A stretch of DNA of 32,000 bases from Candidatus Saccharimonadota bacterium (GCA_965230905.1 OZ246396.1:840001-872000); one strand, 5' to 3'. Positions 1 to 7,815 are shown, numbered from the stretch's first letter. Numbers and translations are program-made. The notes: generated by a model not told the origin, from the letters alone.

Positions 1-146
1 ATGAATAGGAAGGCCTTGGAGATTTGATATTTATCCTTTAAATAAGCCCGGAACTTTTTGTAGTCCAGTTTCCAGCCCAGGTCCCTAATGCTTAAGTTGA
101 GGTTCTGACCGTCTATAAACGCGTAATTGTTCTCTCTCTTTTTCAT
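1..146 (-). CDS. NYN (LabA-like) domain protein, N-terminal part only; the gene runs off the left edge
   Basis: A minus-strand ATG at 146-144 opens MKKRENNYAFIDGQNLNLSIRDLGWKLDYKKFRAYLKDKYQISKAFLFI. The AFIDGQNL opening is typical of NYN/LabA proteins. The frame stays open to position 1. It is absent from the ORF track because it is truncated. Confidence 0.55.
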   Translation of the reverse strand, partial: MKKRENNYAFIDGQNLNLSIRDLGWKLDYKKFRAYLKDKYQISKAFLF

Positions 147-229
147 TTTTATTTTACTCTAACACTCTTAGTATACTCTTTTTTTGTTTAATTAGCTAAT
201 ATCTGGATGTATCTCTAATCCACACCCAT

Positions 230-331
230 ATGGCTAACAAAGAAAATTTCAAGCGCGATTCAGGCGGGAAAAAGCCTCAAAAGAGTAAGAAGGAGAAGAA
301 AATGGCAAAACAGGCTAAAAAGAACGCTTAA
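230..331 (+). CDS. Possible 33-aa lysine-rich peptide (MANKENFKRDSGGKKPQKSKKEKKMAKQAKKNA)
   Basis: ATG at 230 and TAA at 329-331. It is below the ORF-track cutoff. There is no recognisable family and its 3' end overlaps the convergent VOC gene by 4 nt. Confidence 0.2.
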   Translation: MANKENFKRDSGGKKPQKSKKEKKMAKQAKKNA

Positions 332-810
332 CTGTTGTAAGCGGCTTCCAAAGCAGCTAGGTCCAGTTTCTTCATTTGAAGCAGGGCGTGCATGACCTTT
401 TGTGTTTTCACGGGGTCTGCTCCGCTCATGAGTTTGGTCAATTGCTTTGGAACGATCTGCCAGGAAAGTCCGAATTTGTCTTTGAGCCATCCACATTGGC
501 TTTCTTCACCGTCTTTGGTGAGGGCGTCCCAGAAGTGGTCCACTTCGGCCTGGTCTTCGCAATCGATCATAAGGGAAACGGCTTCGGAAAACTTAAAAAG
601 GGGTCCGCCGTTCATGGCTGTGAAACTTTGTCCGTCGAGTTCAAATTCCATAGTCAGGACGCTTCCCTCCGCTTGGCCGGAGACTTTGGCGCTCTCGGCG
701 TCGTAGCGGAGCACGTTGCCTAGTTTGGAATTTTTAAAAAGAGACACATAGAACTCAGCGGCTTCTTCCGCTTGCGAGTCGAACCAAAGACAGGGAGAAA
801 TTTTTTGCAT
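328..810 (-). CDS. VOC-superfamily protein, PhnB-like (3-demethylubiquinone-9 3-methyltransferase-domain type)
   Basis: The ORF 328..876 was trimmed to the internal ATG at 810. The product then begins MQKISPCLWFDSQAEEAAEFYVSLF and continues GGPLFKFSEAVSLMIDCEDQAEVDHFWDAL and CGWLKDKFGLSWQIVP, which is the characteristic layout of this family. Confidence 0.85.
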   Translation of the reverse strand: MQKISPCLWFDSQAEEAAEFYVSLFKNSKLGNVLRYDAESAKVSGQAEGSVLTMEFELDGQSFTAMNGGPLFKFSEAVSLMIDCEDQAEVDHFWDALTKDGEESQCGWLKDKFGLSWQIVPKQLTKLMSGADPVKTQKVMHALLQMKKLDLAALEAAYNS

Positions 811-814
811 AAAT

Positions 815-1207
815 TTATTGCATAATGGGTTTAAGAACGCTGACACGGTTGCCCTCAGTGTCCATGAAACTTGCAAAGGTTCCGATACCCGGAATGTCCA
901 TGGGTTCGGTTAGCATTTTTCCGCCGTTTGCTTTGATTTTTTCTATGGTGGCGTTTAGATCCTGCACAGCAATCACAAAGGAAGTCACGTTGGCGGCTTG
1001 GTCTTCGAGCTTTTTATAAAAACCTCCGTTGATCATGCCGGGCTCAGTGGGACGCCCATTTTCATCGCCTTGGCTGGTGGAAGCCACCATGTAGTCTCCC
1101 ATGGCCTCACCCATGTTTTGCATCTTCCAATCAAAAGTCTTGCTGTAAAAGTCAGACATGCGCTCACGGTTGTCGTAAGGCATTTCAAAATGAACAACGG
1201 GATCCAT
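815..1207 (-). CDS. VOC family protein (glyoxalase/bleomycin-resistance fold)
   Basis: 130 aa. The opening MDPVVHFEMPYDN, the INGGFYKK segment and the C-terminal IPGIGTFASFMDTEGNRVSVLKP are typical of small VOC proteins. Confidence 0.8.
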   Translation of the reverse strand: MDPVVHFEMPYDNRERMSDFYSKTFDWKMQNMGEAMGDYMVASTSQGDENGRPTEPGMINGGFYKKLEDQAANVTSFVIAVQDLNATIEKIKANGGKMLTEPMDIPGIGTFASFMDTEGNRVSVLKPIMQ

Positions 1208-1217
1208 AAAAGTGGGG

Positions 1218-1634
1218 TTAAAGTTTTTCGACGTATTTTTTAAAGTTGTCTAAAAAGGCCTGCCAGCCGCTGCGTTGCAATTCTTCGGAGTTTTCGCTTT
1301 CTGGATCAAAGGTTTCGATTACGTGCACACCTTCAGGTGTTTCTTCAAACGTGATTTTTACGTGACGACCGTCGCCCAAATCGTATTCAAGCAGTGCGTG
1401 TTCTTTCACGTCCGTGTAGATTCCGCCAAAGTCGAAGCTAAAACTATTGTCTTTTGCGTAGAGGTGGGTTTTAAATTCGCCGCCGGTACGTAAATCGTTT
1501 ACCGCGTCTTTTGCTGCCCAGTCATCGGAGGCAAAGGACCAACCCACAATGTGCTCAGGCTTGGTCCACGCGTCCCAAACTTTGGCTAGGGGAGCGTTGA
1601 CGGTGGTTTCTATAGTGATGGGCGATTTTTCCAT
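1218..1634 (-). CDS. SRPBCC / AHSA1 (activator of Hsp90 ATPase homolog)-like domain protein
   Basis: Trimmed to the ATG at 1634, giving MEKSPITIETTVNAPLAKVWDAWTKPEHIVGW. The C-terminal part GWQAFLDNFKKYVE matches the usual pattern of this family. Confidence 0.8.
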   Translation of the reverse strand: MEKSPITIETTVNAPLAKVWDAWTKPEHIVGWSFASDDWAAKDAVNDLRTGGEFKTHLYAKDNSFSFDFGGIYTDVKEHALLEYDLGDGRHVKITFEETPEGVHVIETFDPESENSEELQRSGWQAFLDNFKKYVEKL

Positions 1635-1728
1635 AAGATGTTTTAAAAATACTTTAACAATATACACTTGTGATATATTCAGTATATCCGTTAATTTTTT
1701 TCTTATGGCTCCTGATCAATTCATAGTA

Positions 1729-2253
1729 TTACACCCTTAACGAGCCGCGGAATCCTCTAGCGGCGTAGTAGGATTCTGCACCGTTGTGGTACACGAAAAC
1801 AGTATTGTAGCGGCGATCGCAAAACAGAGCGCCGCCGAGTTTTCGAATCGCGGGAGGTGTCTTAATCCAGCTCGAGGTCTTTAAGTCGAACTCGCCCAGT
1901 TCCTGCAAAGCTCGATATTCTTCTTCCGTCAAAAGTTCAATGTCCATGTCGGCGGCCATCTCAATCGCGCTATTTTTGGGTTTGTGTTCTTTTCGAGCAT
2001 GCAAAGCGGCAGGGTCGTAGCAAAAACTTCGGCGGCCTGTGGGGCTTTCCGCGCTGCAATCAAAAAATATGTATTCGCCTTTCTCGCTCCCCACCACATC
2101 CGGTTCACCGCCGGTGCTTTCCATTTCACTCAGCGTGGCTAAGTTTTTTGCGTTCAGCTTTTTTTCCACGTCGGCCCATTTCAAACCTTTGTGGCGGTGC
2201 ATGTTTTTTTCAAAACGGTCTTTTAAGGTTTTGAGCAGTGCTTCGTTGGACAT
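1729..2253 (-). CDS. DUF4256 family protein
   Basis: 174 aa with MESTGGEPDVVG, FFDCSAESPTGRRSFCYD and the ending FVYHNGAESYYAARGFRGSLRV, which are signature stretches of DUF4256. Confidence 0.8.
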   Translation of the reverse strand: MSNEALLKTLKDRFEKNMHRHKGLKWADVEKKLNAKNLATLSEMESTGGEPDVVGSEKGEYIFFDCSAESPTGRRSFCYDPAALHARKEHKPKNSAIEMAADMDIELLTEEEYRALQELGEFDLKTSSWIKTPPAIRKLGGALFCDRRYNTVFVYHNGAESYYAARGFRGSLRV

Positions 2254-2268
2254 GATTCGTGGGTTAAA

Positions 2269-2622
2269 TTAGCGCTTTGATCCTCTCCAATACGCGATGA
2301 ACGCGAGCAGCACGGCGGGAATAATTGCCCACAGTAAACCGCTGCCGGTGTAGGTGATGTAGAAGAAGATTCCTGCGAGATCGATGATGGCCAAGCCGAT
2401 TGCTGAAACGGGTGCCCACTTTTTACACTTCTTGGCGAGAGCTGCAATGAGCCCGAGAGAAAGCAAAATTTGAACGACGCCAAGGATTATCCAAAAATAG
2501 GAAGGCAAGGTGGTAGAAGCCGACTCGGTGATGAGTTCTTGATAGTGCGTGGTCATGTAAGCGCCTCCAATAATATGCCAAAGGCCTAAAAGAACTTGAA
2601 GGAGGCTGAGGAGGATTTTCAT
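2269..2622 (-). CDS. Small integral membrane protein (about 4 TM segments, possibly DoxX-like)
   Basis: 117 aa containing four hydrophobic segments. It is the last gene of the co-oriented GC-richer block. Confidence 0.65.
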   Translation of the reverse strand: MKILLSLLQVLLGLWHIIGGAYMTTHYQELITESASTTLPSYFWIILGVVQILLSLGLIAALAKKCKKWAPVSAIGLAIIDLAGIFFYITYTGSGLLWAIIPAVLLAFIAYWRGSKR

Positions 2623-2703
2623 GGGAGCGGGTTTAAATTAATCTGATTATACGGTCAGAAGCAACTCTACTTTTTTGGCTTCTCTCATATGCCGAATATT
2701 ACA

Positions 2704-2735
2704 TGGCTCCCTTGATTGGAGGCAATTAGAACTGC
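2704..2735 (-). repeat. Partial copy of the tRNA-Asn 3' end (att-like), most distal copy
   Basis: tggctcccttgattggaggcaattagaactgc compares with the tRNA 3' end tggctcccccggttggattcgaacc. It has the same orientation and carries the 5-nt insertion shared by the whole repeat family. Confidence 0.7.
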
Positions 2736-2758
2736 ACGGCGTACACAATGTTTTAGCC

Positions 2759-3100
2759 CTAATTCCCCGCAGTTCGATGTGAAAGTCGGATGGGTTTCGG
2801 TTCTTGCATTCTTGGGCTACGCATATTCAGCTCTAAACTTTGTCCTGCTGTTAATGTTTGAACAATGTCGTAGTGAGTGGATAGTATTTCTCTCGTAGCT
2901 CCCTCTACTATATCTATCCCTGCTCGAGATTTGAATACCGTTGAATCTCTATCATTTCGGTCGCATTCGAAAACATAGATTTCACGACTTCCATCCTCCT
3001 TTAGATTGGACATCGAACCCGGTTGAGCGCCTGGCTTCAGTACTGCAATTTCTTTCCAACTACCTTCGATAGAAGTTTCAATGTGTAATAGCATATTCAA
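2759..3100 (-). CDS. Hypothetical protein (113 aa)
   Basis: ORF only. No motif recognised. It is divergent from the 3199 gene. Confidence 0.45.
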   Translation of the reverse strand: MNMLLHIETSIEGSWKEIAVLKPGAQPGSMSNLKEDGSREIYVFECDRNDRDSTVFKSRAGIDIVEGATREILSTHYDIVQTLTAGQSLELNMRSPRMQEPKPIRLSHRTAGN

Positions 3101-3149
3101 TAGGTTAGTTCGTTACTATACTTTATATCAGCAATATGTCAACAATTCA

Positions 3150-3178
3150 TTGACGTCATGGTAATAATGTTGTATCAT
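3150..3178 (+). promoter_or_regulatory. Sigma-70-type promoter for the 3199 gene
   Basis: ttgacg (3150-3155), a 17-nt spacer, then tg-tatcat (extended -10, 3171-3178). It lies 20 nt upstream of the ATG. Confidence 0.45.
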
Positions 3179-3198
3179 CCTAGCTCTTAATCTGTTCT

Positions 3199-4161
3199 AT
3201 GCACACACCTGCTACCGCCTTACAGCTTCTACAAACACCTGAATACGAGCAAATTAAAGCGCCTTTTCAAAGGGCTGTTCAGGAGTGGATTGGGGCGCAG
3301 GAGGGCAACTGGCAACGGTTGGTCGTAAACCCTCGTAGTTGTGGACTGCAAGGTCAAATGGCTTTCAATGAACGAGCTTTAGAACCCTTTCTAGGGGGCC
3401 AGTTTCGTGCGTTCTGGGATTCCCTTTCAGAAGAGCAAAGACAGCTCTTTGGACGTGCTAATAATAGAATGGGATGGAGGCACTTCTTCCTTGAAACGGC
3501 TGCTACCATGTTTGATGCAACACTCATGAATGCCATTGAGCAAGGGCTCATTCCACATCCGGATGGAAAAGTCGTTGGAACAGAACGAGCGGGAATGCCG
3601 GGTTCGCTTGAAGATGATACTGCTCGAGCTAAGGGGTCCATGACTTATGACTTGGAACAGGTTCTTGCTGAACACCTAAAATACTATTCTTCAGGTAACG
3701 CAGGAGAAGATCAGCAATTCATGGATGCCTTGATAGATTATCTTGGTTTGGATATAGACCGTGCGAATGCGTTGATGTCTAGGGTTTTGGAGCATCACGG
3801 TCTTCCCAATCTTCATAAGGCTCGACGAACTTACGGTGCACTTTTGCAGACTGCTCTGCTTCAGTGTTATGGAAAGCGAGATGCTTATTGGCGAACGACG
3901 CCCGAAGAAATTGTTCCTGATCAGGTTCAAAGTCATAGCTGGCCAAAAGCTTATCGTCAGTTACCACTTTTAGATGCTGTATTGGAATCTTCTCTTTGGT
4001 TTTATGATCCGGTAAAGATAGAAGCTTGTCATGCTGACTTGGTCGCACGTCATCCGCAGGATGCAAATCCAGAGCATGAGGCTAACCTTGCCCAAGGGCA
4101 AAGAATCATTGATGCGCTTCAAGCTTTTCGAACACGAGTTCTTGGTGAAGGACAGGTTTAA
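3199..4161 (+). CDS. Hypothetical protein (320 aa)
   Basis: A long ORF with its own promoter. No family recognised. Confidence 0.65.
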   Translation: MHTPATALQLLQTPEYEQIKAPFQRAVQEWIGAQEGNWQRLVVNPRSCGLQGQMAFNERALEPFLGGQFRAFWDSLSEEQRQLFGRANNRMGWRHFFLETAATMFDATLMNAIEQGLIPHPDGKVVGTERAGMPGSLEDDTARAKGSMTYDLEQVLAEHLKYYSSGNAGEDQQFMDALIDYLGLDIDRANALMSRVLEHHGLPNLHKARRTYGALLQTALLQCYGKRDAYWRTTPEEIVPDQVQSHSWPKAYRQLPLLDAVLESSLWFYDPVKIEACHADLVARHPQDANPEHEANLAQGQRIIDALQAFRTRVLGEGQV

Positions 4162-4173
4162 GATCCTCAGTTC

Positions 4174-4211
4174 GCAATGCATGACGTTCCTCTATTAATC
4201 TCGTGTATAAT
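4174..4211 (+). promoter_or_regulatory. Copy of the conserved portable promoter block (gcaatgcATGACG..TATAAT)
   Basis: -35-like atgacg at 4181-4186 and tataat at 4206-4211, with a 19-nt spacer. The upstream gcaatgcatgacgtt matches the blocks at 6013, 7731 and 12532. Confidence 0.5.
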
Positions 4212-4217
4212 CCGAGC

Positions 4218-5000
4218 ATGATTTTTTATGTTCAGTTAATACTATCTTTTCTTGTTGGCGGCTTATTCATTGCTTTACAAACGTTAATTGCCGAGAGAGT
4301 TTCTCCACTATGGAGGGGGGTTATACTTACGATTCCTTCCACGATGGCCTTAGGCTTGTTTTTTATAGGTTTATCAAAAAGCTCTCAAGACGTAACTGAG
4401 GCGGCAACGATTGTTCCAATAACGCTGGGGATAGACTACCTTTTTGTGGCCGTTTTCTCTTTAATGGTAGGCTTTGGCCTTTGGACCAGTCTTTTTGTAT
4501 CACTCTTCGTTTGGGGGCTTACAGCAGTGTTGATTTTACAGTTTCCACCTAACAGTTTCCTTAGCTCAACGGCTTTAGGAATGCTGCTTATAGTGTTGTC
4601 CTATCTCATGGTGCGTATTCCCACAGGAGTTCAAACCCTGAAGAAATTTCCAATGAATGCCAGGCACATTATTGTTAGAGCACTCATCGGAGGAACCGTT
4701 GTTACCCTTGCATTATTCCTTTCAAAAACTCTGGGTAATGTATGGGGAGGGCTATTTTCAGCTTTCCCGGCTACCTTTTCATCGACCTTTATTATTTACT
4801 ATTACTTGCAAGGGAAGGAAGCCATTCCTACTGTAAGTAGAGCCCTCTTTTTCCCTGGAGCCATTGGATTTATTGTTTATGCATGGGTCGCCTCAGTCAC
4901 CTTTTCTAGTTTTGGTATTTGGCTTGGGACCTTAGTTTCGTACCTGGCGGTTTTCATTTTTGTTTGCTCATGGACATTTTTAGCGCGAAGCCGAAAATAA
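4218..5000 (+). CDS. Polytopic membrane protein with an internal duplication (DUF3147-like)
   Basis: The ORF-track start (GTG 4203) overlaps the TATAAT box, so I prefer the ATG at 4218. The protein has about 8 hydrophobic segments. The two halves resemble each other (FLVGGLFIALQTLIAERV.. versus ALIGGTVVTLALFLSKTL..). Confidence 0.7.
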   Translation: MIFYVQLILSFLVGGLFIALQTLIAERVSPLWRGVILTIPSTMALGLFFIGLSKSSQDVTEAATIVPITLGIDYLFVAVFSLMVGFGLWTSLFVSLFVWGLTAVLILQFPPNSFLSSTALGMLLIVLSYLMVRIPTGVQTLKKFPMNARHIIVRALIGGTVVTLALFLSKTLGNVWGGLFSAFPATFSSTFIIYYYLQGKEAIPTVSRALFFPGAIGFIVYAWVASVTFSSFGIWLGTLVSYLAVFIFVCSWTFLARSRK

Positions 5001-5051
5001 TGCAGGATTTGATGTGCGGCAGCTATGCTGTTGGAGGTAATTGGAAATTCG

Positions 5052-5079
5052 TTGATAAATTTTAAACTTTCATTATAAT
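5052..5079 (+). promoter_or_regulatory. Sigma-70-type promoter for the 5097 gene
   Basis: ttgata (5052-5057), a 16-nt spacer, then tataat (5074-5079). Confidence 0.5.
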
Positions 5080-5096
5080 CAGACCTTATCTTAAAT

Positions 5097-5978
5097 ATGG
5101 CTAAAGAAATCGCTGAAGGCAGAAACTTATTAGGCATAAGCAATACTTACATGCGGCAGCAGCCTTGGTTTGAACATGCGCGTGGCCCCATAGAAGGAAT
5201 TCTGGCGAGTGTTCGTAAGTTAACAGTGATTCCTTATGCTTTAGCAGACCGTGATTGGTATACCCAAAAATTGGGAGCAGAATTCGCCCGTTTTGGTGTA
5301 GAATCCGTGGTTTCTCCTCATCAATTTCCAGGTTCTGAAGAACAGGTTTTAGCTGATGCCGAAGCAGTTTACATCGGAGGAGGGGATACGCCACTTTTAG
5401 TCGCTAATCTTCATGGACTTCGGCATGAAGATGATCAAACGCTGGTGGATTCAGGCGCTGCGAGCTCACAGAATCCGTTAGTTGATGTGCTTCGAAATCG
5501 TGTAGCTGAAGGAATGCCTCTACTAGGGGCAAGTGCAGGTTGGAACGTTATGTTTGGTGACATTAGAACTACTAACGATATGCATACAGCTCCTTGGAGA
5601 CTTGCTAATGGAGCCAGTGTTTCTCGTATGGATGCACTTGGTTTGTTCCCCAGACATTTGAATGGGAATCCTCACTATTTAGAAAAAGTGACACTTACGG
5701 ATGAGGACAGGGCTGCGGCAGTAGCTGTTAACGGTGATTTGGCTCAACTCATTGACCATCAGGGTGAGTCGAGAAAAGAGCGTATTGCTAGAGCTTTGAG
5801 TCAGGATCCTTCTCGAGTGATTATTGCTCTTAGGGAAGGTGCTTATTTGAGCGTTCAAGGGTCTACTATGGTTTTGGGCGGAGAAACCGGTGGGTTGATT
5901 TTTGAGAAGGGGCTGGATGCCAAAGAAGTATCGATAGGAGAAGATTTGAGCTATTTGTTGAAAAATCGAAATAGTTAG
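5097..5978 (+). CDS. Peptidase E-like protein (S51 family / type-1 glutamine amidotransferase-like fold)
   Basis: VIPYALADRDWY, AVYIGGGDTPLL and LLGASAGWNVMFGDIRTTNDM..LGLFP..NPHY parallel the PepE blocks FIPYA, GGGNTF and GWSAGAN..TIRTTNDMP..NPHF. Confidence 0.75.
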   Translation: MAKEIAEGRNLLGISNTYMRQQPWFEHARGPIEGILASVRKLTVIPYALADRDWYTQKLGAEFARFGVESVVSPHQFPGSEEQVLADAEAVYIGGGDTPLLVANLHGLRHEDDQTLVDSGAASSQNPLVDVLRNRVAEGMPLLGASAGWNVMFGDIRTTNDMHTAPWRLANGASVSRMDALGLFPRHLNGNPHYLEKVTLTDEDRAAAVAVNGDLAQLIDHQGESRKERIARALSQDPSRVIIALREGAYLSVQGSTMVLGGETGGLIFEKGLDAKEVSIGEDLSYLLKNRNS

Positions 5979-5984
5979 ACGAAA

Positions 5985-6010
5985 AGTTAGAGCGCCCAAT
6001 TTGGCTGATC
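5985..6010 (+). repeat. Junction repeat of the inverted type (agttagagcgcccaatttggctgatc)
   Basis: It differs at 3 of 26 positions from 12437-12462. Both copies lie just 3' of a plus-strand cassette gene. The AGTT..CCAAnTTGG blocks resemble the reverse complement of the att-like repeat. Confidence 0.6.
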
Positions 6011-6012
6011 TC

Positions 6013-6045
6013 GTGCATGATGTTCATTTCGCCTTTTGCTATAAT
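6013..6045 (+). promoter_or_regulatory. Copy of the portable promoter block
   Basis: gtgcATGATGttcatttcgccttttgcTATAAT, with a 17-nt spacer. It is homologous to 12532-12569. Confidence 0.5.
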
Positions 6046-6063
6046 CAAAACAAACCAAGCTAT

Positions 6064-6212
6064 ATGCCCGTCAAAAATATTCTCCAAAAAAAAGAGCAAA
6101 GTATATGAGTGCTTTTGAAGAACAGATGATTTATCACACAACTAAAACTGAAAACCCTGAGACAACGCTTCGAATGGTGAGGCAGGTGCTTCGTAAATTC
6201 CCCTCTGTATGA
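6064..6212 (+). pseudogene. Decayed copy of the small Fic-antitoxin gene
   Basis: The ATG at 6064 reads MPVKNILQKKEQSI and then stops. A second frame from 6105 reads MSAFEEQMIYHTTKTENPETTLRMVRQVLRKFPSV, which aligns with the C-terminal half of the intact copy at 12590-12769. The downstream Fic gene is missing; only a 34-codon stub follows. Confidence 0.6.
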
Positions 6213-6229
6213 AGGGTAAGGGCTCCTCT

Positions 6230-6633
6230 TTATCTACCTACGGGGATTTCTTTCAACATTTCGAAAGGGTCGACACTATGATCATAAGTTGCTGCTTTGT
6301 ACGTATCAATTAGTGCGAGAATTTTTGTATTACGTTCCAAAGAAGACATTTTTTTGATTTTTTTGCACTATATTTGTTGAGGAACGCTTTAAATGCAAAA
6401 CGTTCAACTAAGCTACTCCAATAGGTGTCTTCATTGTATTTCTCAAGACCCGCTTCCGGACCATGGGAATAGATTAGACCCGCAACATCTTCATATTTAT
6501 GATCAATAATATTAGGTTCATTTTTTGAATTTACGATCGAATTGCCGAGATGTACTAGCTCAAGTAAAGATTTGAACTGTTTTTTGAAAGTTTGATGTCC
6601 ATAAATGTTTCTTAGGAGCTGGAGCTTCTCATG
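6230..6633 (-). pseudogene. Gene remnant with no start codon and probably a frameshift
   Basis: The minus frame is open across 6310-6633 (107 codons) but contains no ATG, GTG or TTG. A 39-codon ORF (6230-6349, MSSLERNTKILALIDTY..) continues in another frame across an A-rich tract. Confidence 0.3.
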
Positions 6634-6667
6634 CTATTCGAAGATTATTTCAAATGCAAGCTTTCTG

Positions 6668-6713
6668 AAAACCCGCCATTACTTTGCAATAAGTGCGGGG
6701 AGATTAGTGAAAT
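6668..6713 (+). repeat. 46-bp direct repeat, left copy, flanking the zeta-toxin module
   Basis: aaaacccgccattactttgcaataagtgcggggagattagtgaaat differs from 7770-7815 at 4 of 46 positions by my manual alignment. Confidence 0.8.
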
Positions 6714-6715
6714 GA

Positions 6716-6877
6716 CTAAGAAACAGGTGCTATCTCTTTATTTGCAACAGCTTGCTCGTATCTGGCTAAAAGAGCCTGTTGATCTTTACTTGCCTCTTTG
6801 AGGACCCCTTTAATGAACTTCTTCTTTTCGGAAGACTTCATGTTGAGGTAATCGGAGACGGTATTGATGTGGTTCAT
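6716..6877 (-). CDS. Small ORF (53 aa) directly downstream of the zeta-toxin gene
   Basis: MNHINTVSDYLNMKSSEKKKFIKGVLKEASKDQQALLARYEQAVANKEIAPVS. Its ATG lies 3 nt after the zeta stop codon. No family recognised. Confidence 0.3.
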   Translation of the reverse strand: MNHINTVSDYLNMKSSEKKKFIKGVLKEASKDQQALLARYEQAVANKEIAPVS

Positions 6878-6880
6878 ACT

Positions 6881-7604
6881 TTATTTGAGAATTTTCTGCA
6901 GCAGATTACTATTGTACCCTGTTTTCAGGTGGCGGTCAATTTCGGTGATGTTCAAAAAGAACTCTTCGAGACCTATATTATCCTTATTTTTGATAGCAAG
7001 GTTAACTTTTACGCTTGCGCCGAATTCCTTTTTGATTTTATTCACATTCTCCTTGGCGAGGAAAAATGCCTCAATGAAATCAGACATCAAAATGCGCCTG
7101 CCTTCGAGGGCTTCGCGCTTCTTTGTGAAGTCCCAAGCAATTTTTGGATCTTGGTAAATGTACCAAATTTCCACATGCCAGTCTCTTTTTATGACTCGTG
7201 AAGGTCCCGTCCAGTATGAAATTTTTGTTATTGCCTATGGCGTGGTCGACAAGTTTATCTACTCCCTTCGATGCAGCCCCTTGAACCAGGTGAGAATTTT
7301 TGCCGTTGTAGAGGTTCCGAGGAAGCATTTCTCTGACCTCATCCGCGTCAATTCGTAAAATCTTGCCGCTGAGTTTTGGCAAACCTTTGATGAAACTTTT
7401 TGAGAATTCCGTCTTCCCAGCTCCTGGTGAGCCAGCCATAAAGATGGCCAGAGGAGTTTCCTCTTTTGATACAGGTTGAATCTTTCCAGCAAATTTTTCA
7501 ATGATTTCTTTCTTATGTTCAACAACGTACTGACGAGCTGAATCTGAAACCCTCTCGTTTCTGCCTTTCATGAGAAAGTCGAAAATTCTTCTCAATAAGT
7601 TCAT
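6881..7604 (-). pseudogene. Zeta-toxin family P-loop kinase, frameshifted
   Basis: ORF 7080..7604 carries the Walker A motif FMAGSPGAGKTEF and ILDGTF. ORF 6881..7174 continues with VEIWYIYQDPKIAWDFTKKREALEGRRI, the zeta C-terminal region. The two frames meet at the T5 run at 7186-7190 (A5 on the coding strand). Confidence 0.75.
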
Positions 7605-7644
7605 GCGCAGATTTTAACAGTGCTGAGTCCTTTCGTCGATTGGG

Positions 7645-7694
7645 AGTTCGGATACTGTCAAAATGGCTCCCCCGTATTTGATGCTATCCGAACT
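7645..7694. repeat. Head-to-head pair of att-like copies forming a 10-bp perfect inverted repeat
   Basis: agttcggata (7645-7654) and tatccgaact (7685-7694) are exact reverse complements. The right arm belongs to the att-like copy tggctcccccgtatttgatgctatccgaact (7664-7694). Confidence 0.7.
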
Positions 7695-7769
7695 TTTGTG
7701 ATGGGCGAGGGGTGGGGCTTCGGTGGAAGTGCACAATGTGCATGACGTTCATTTTTCTTGCTCCATCAA

Positions 7770-7815
7770 AAAACCCTCCATTACTTTGCAATAAGGGTGA
7801 GGAGATTAGTGAAAT
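7770..7815 (+). repeat. 46-bp direct repeat, right copy
   Basis: See 6668-6713. It is preceded at 7731-7769 by a decayed copy of the promoter block, in which the -35 atgacg survives at 7742-7747 and the -10 is lost. Confidence 0.8.

Noticed and set aside
376-723. Plus-strand ORFs (376..723 and 392..706) inside the PhnB-like VOC gene
   Set aside because: They are antisense to a gene with a clear family signature. Their products are low-complexity with no motif, which is typical of shadow ORFs in GC-richer DNA.
4203-4217. GTG start at 4203 for the membrane protein, as given in the ORF track
   Set aside because: The GTG and the following codons coincide with the TATAAT box at 4206-4211, so the ATG at 4218 is the more plausible start.
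6779-7358. Plus-strand ORFs opposite the zeta-toxin gene
   Set aside because: They are antisense to frames carrying the Walker A and zeta C-terminal signatures, and they have no motifs of their own.
6668-7815. The 46-bp direct repeats as fragments of another tRNA gene
   Set aside because: I tried to fold them as acceptor, anticodon or T arms and found no convincing tRNA-like pairing and no CCA-acceptor signature.
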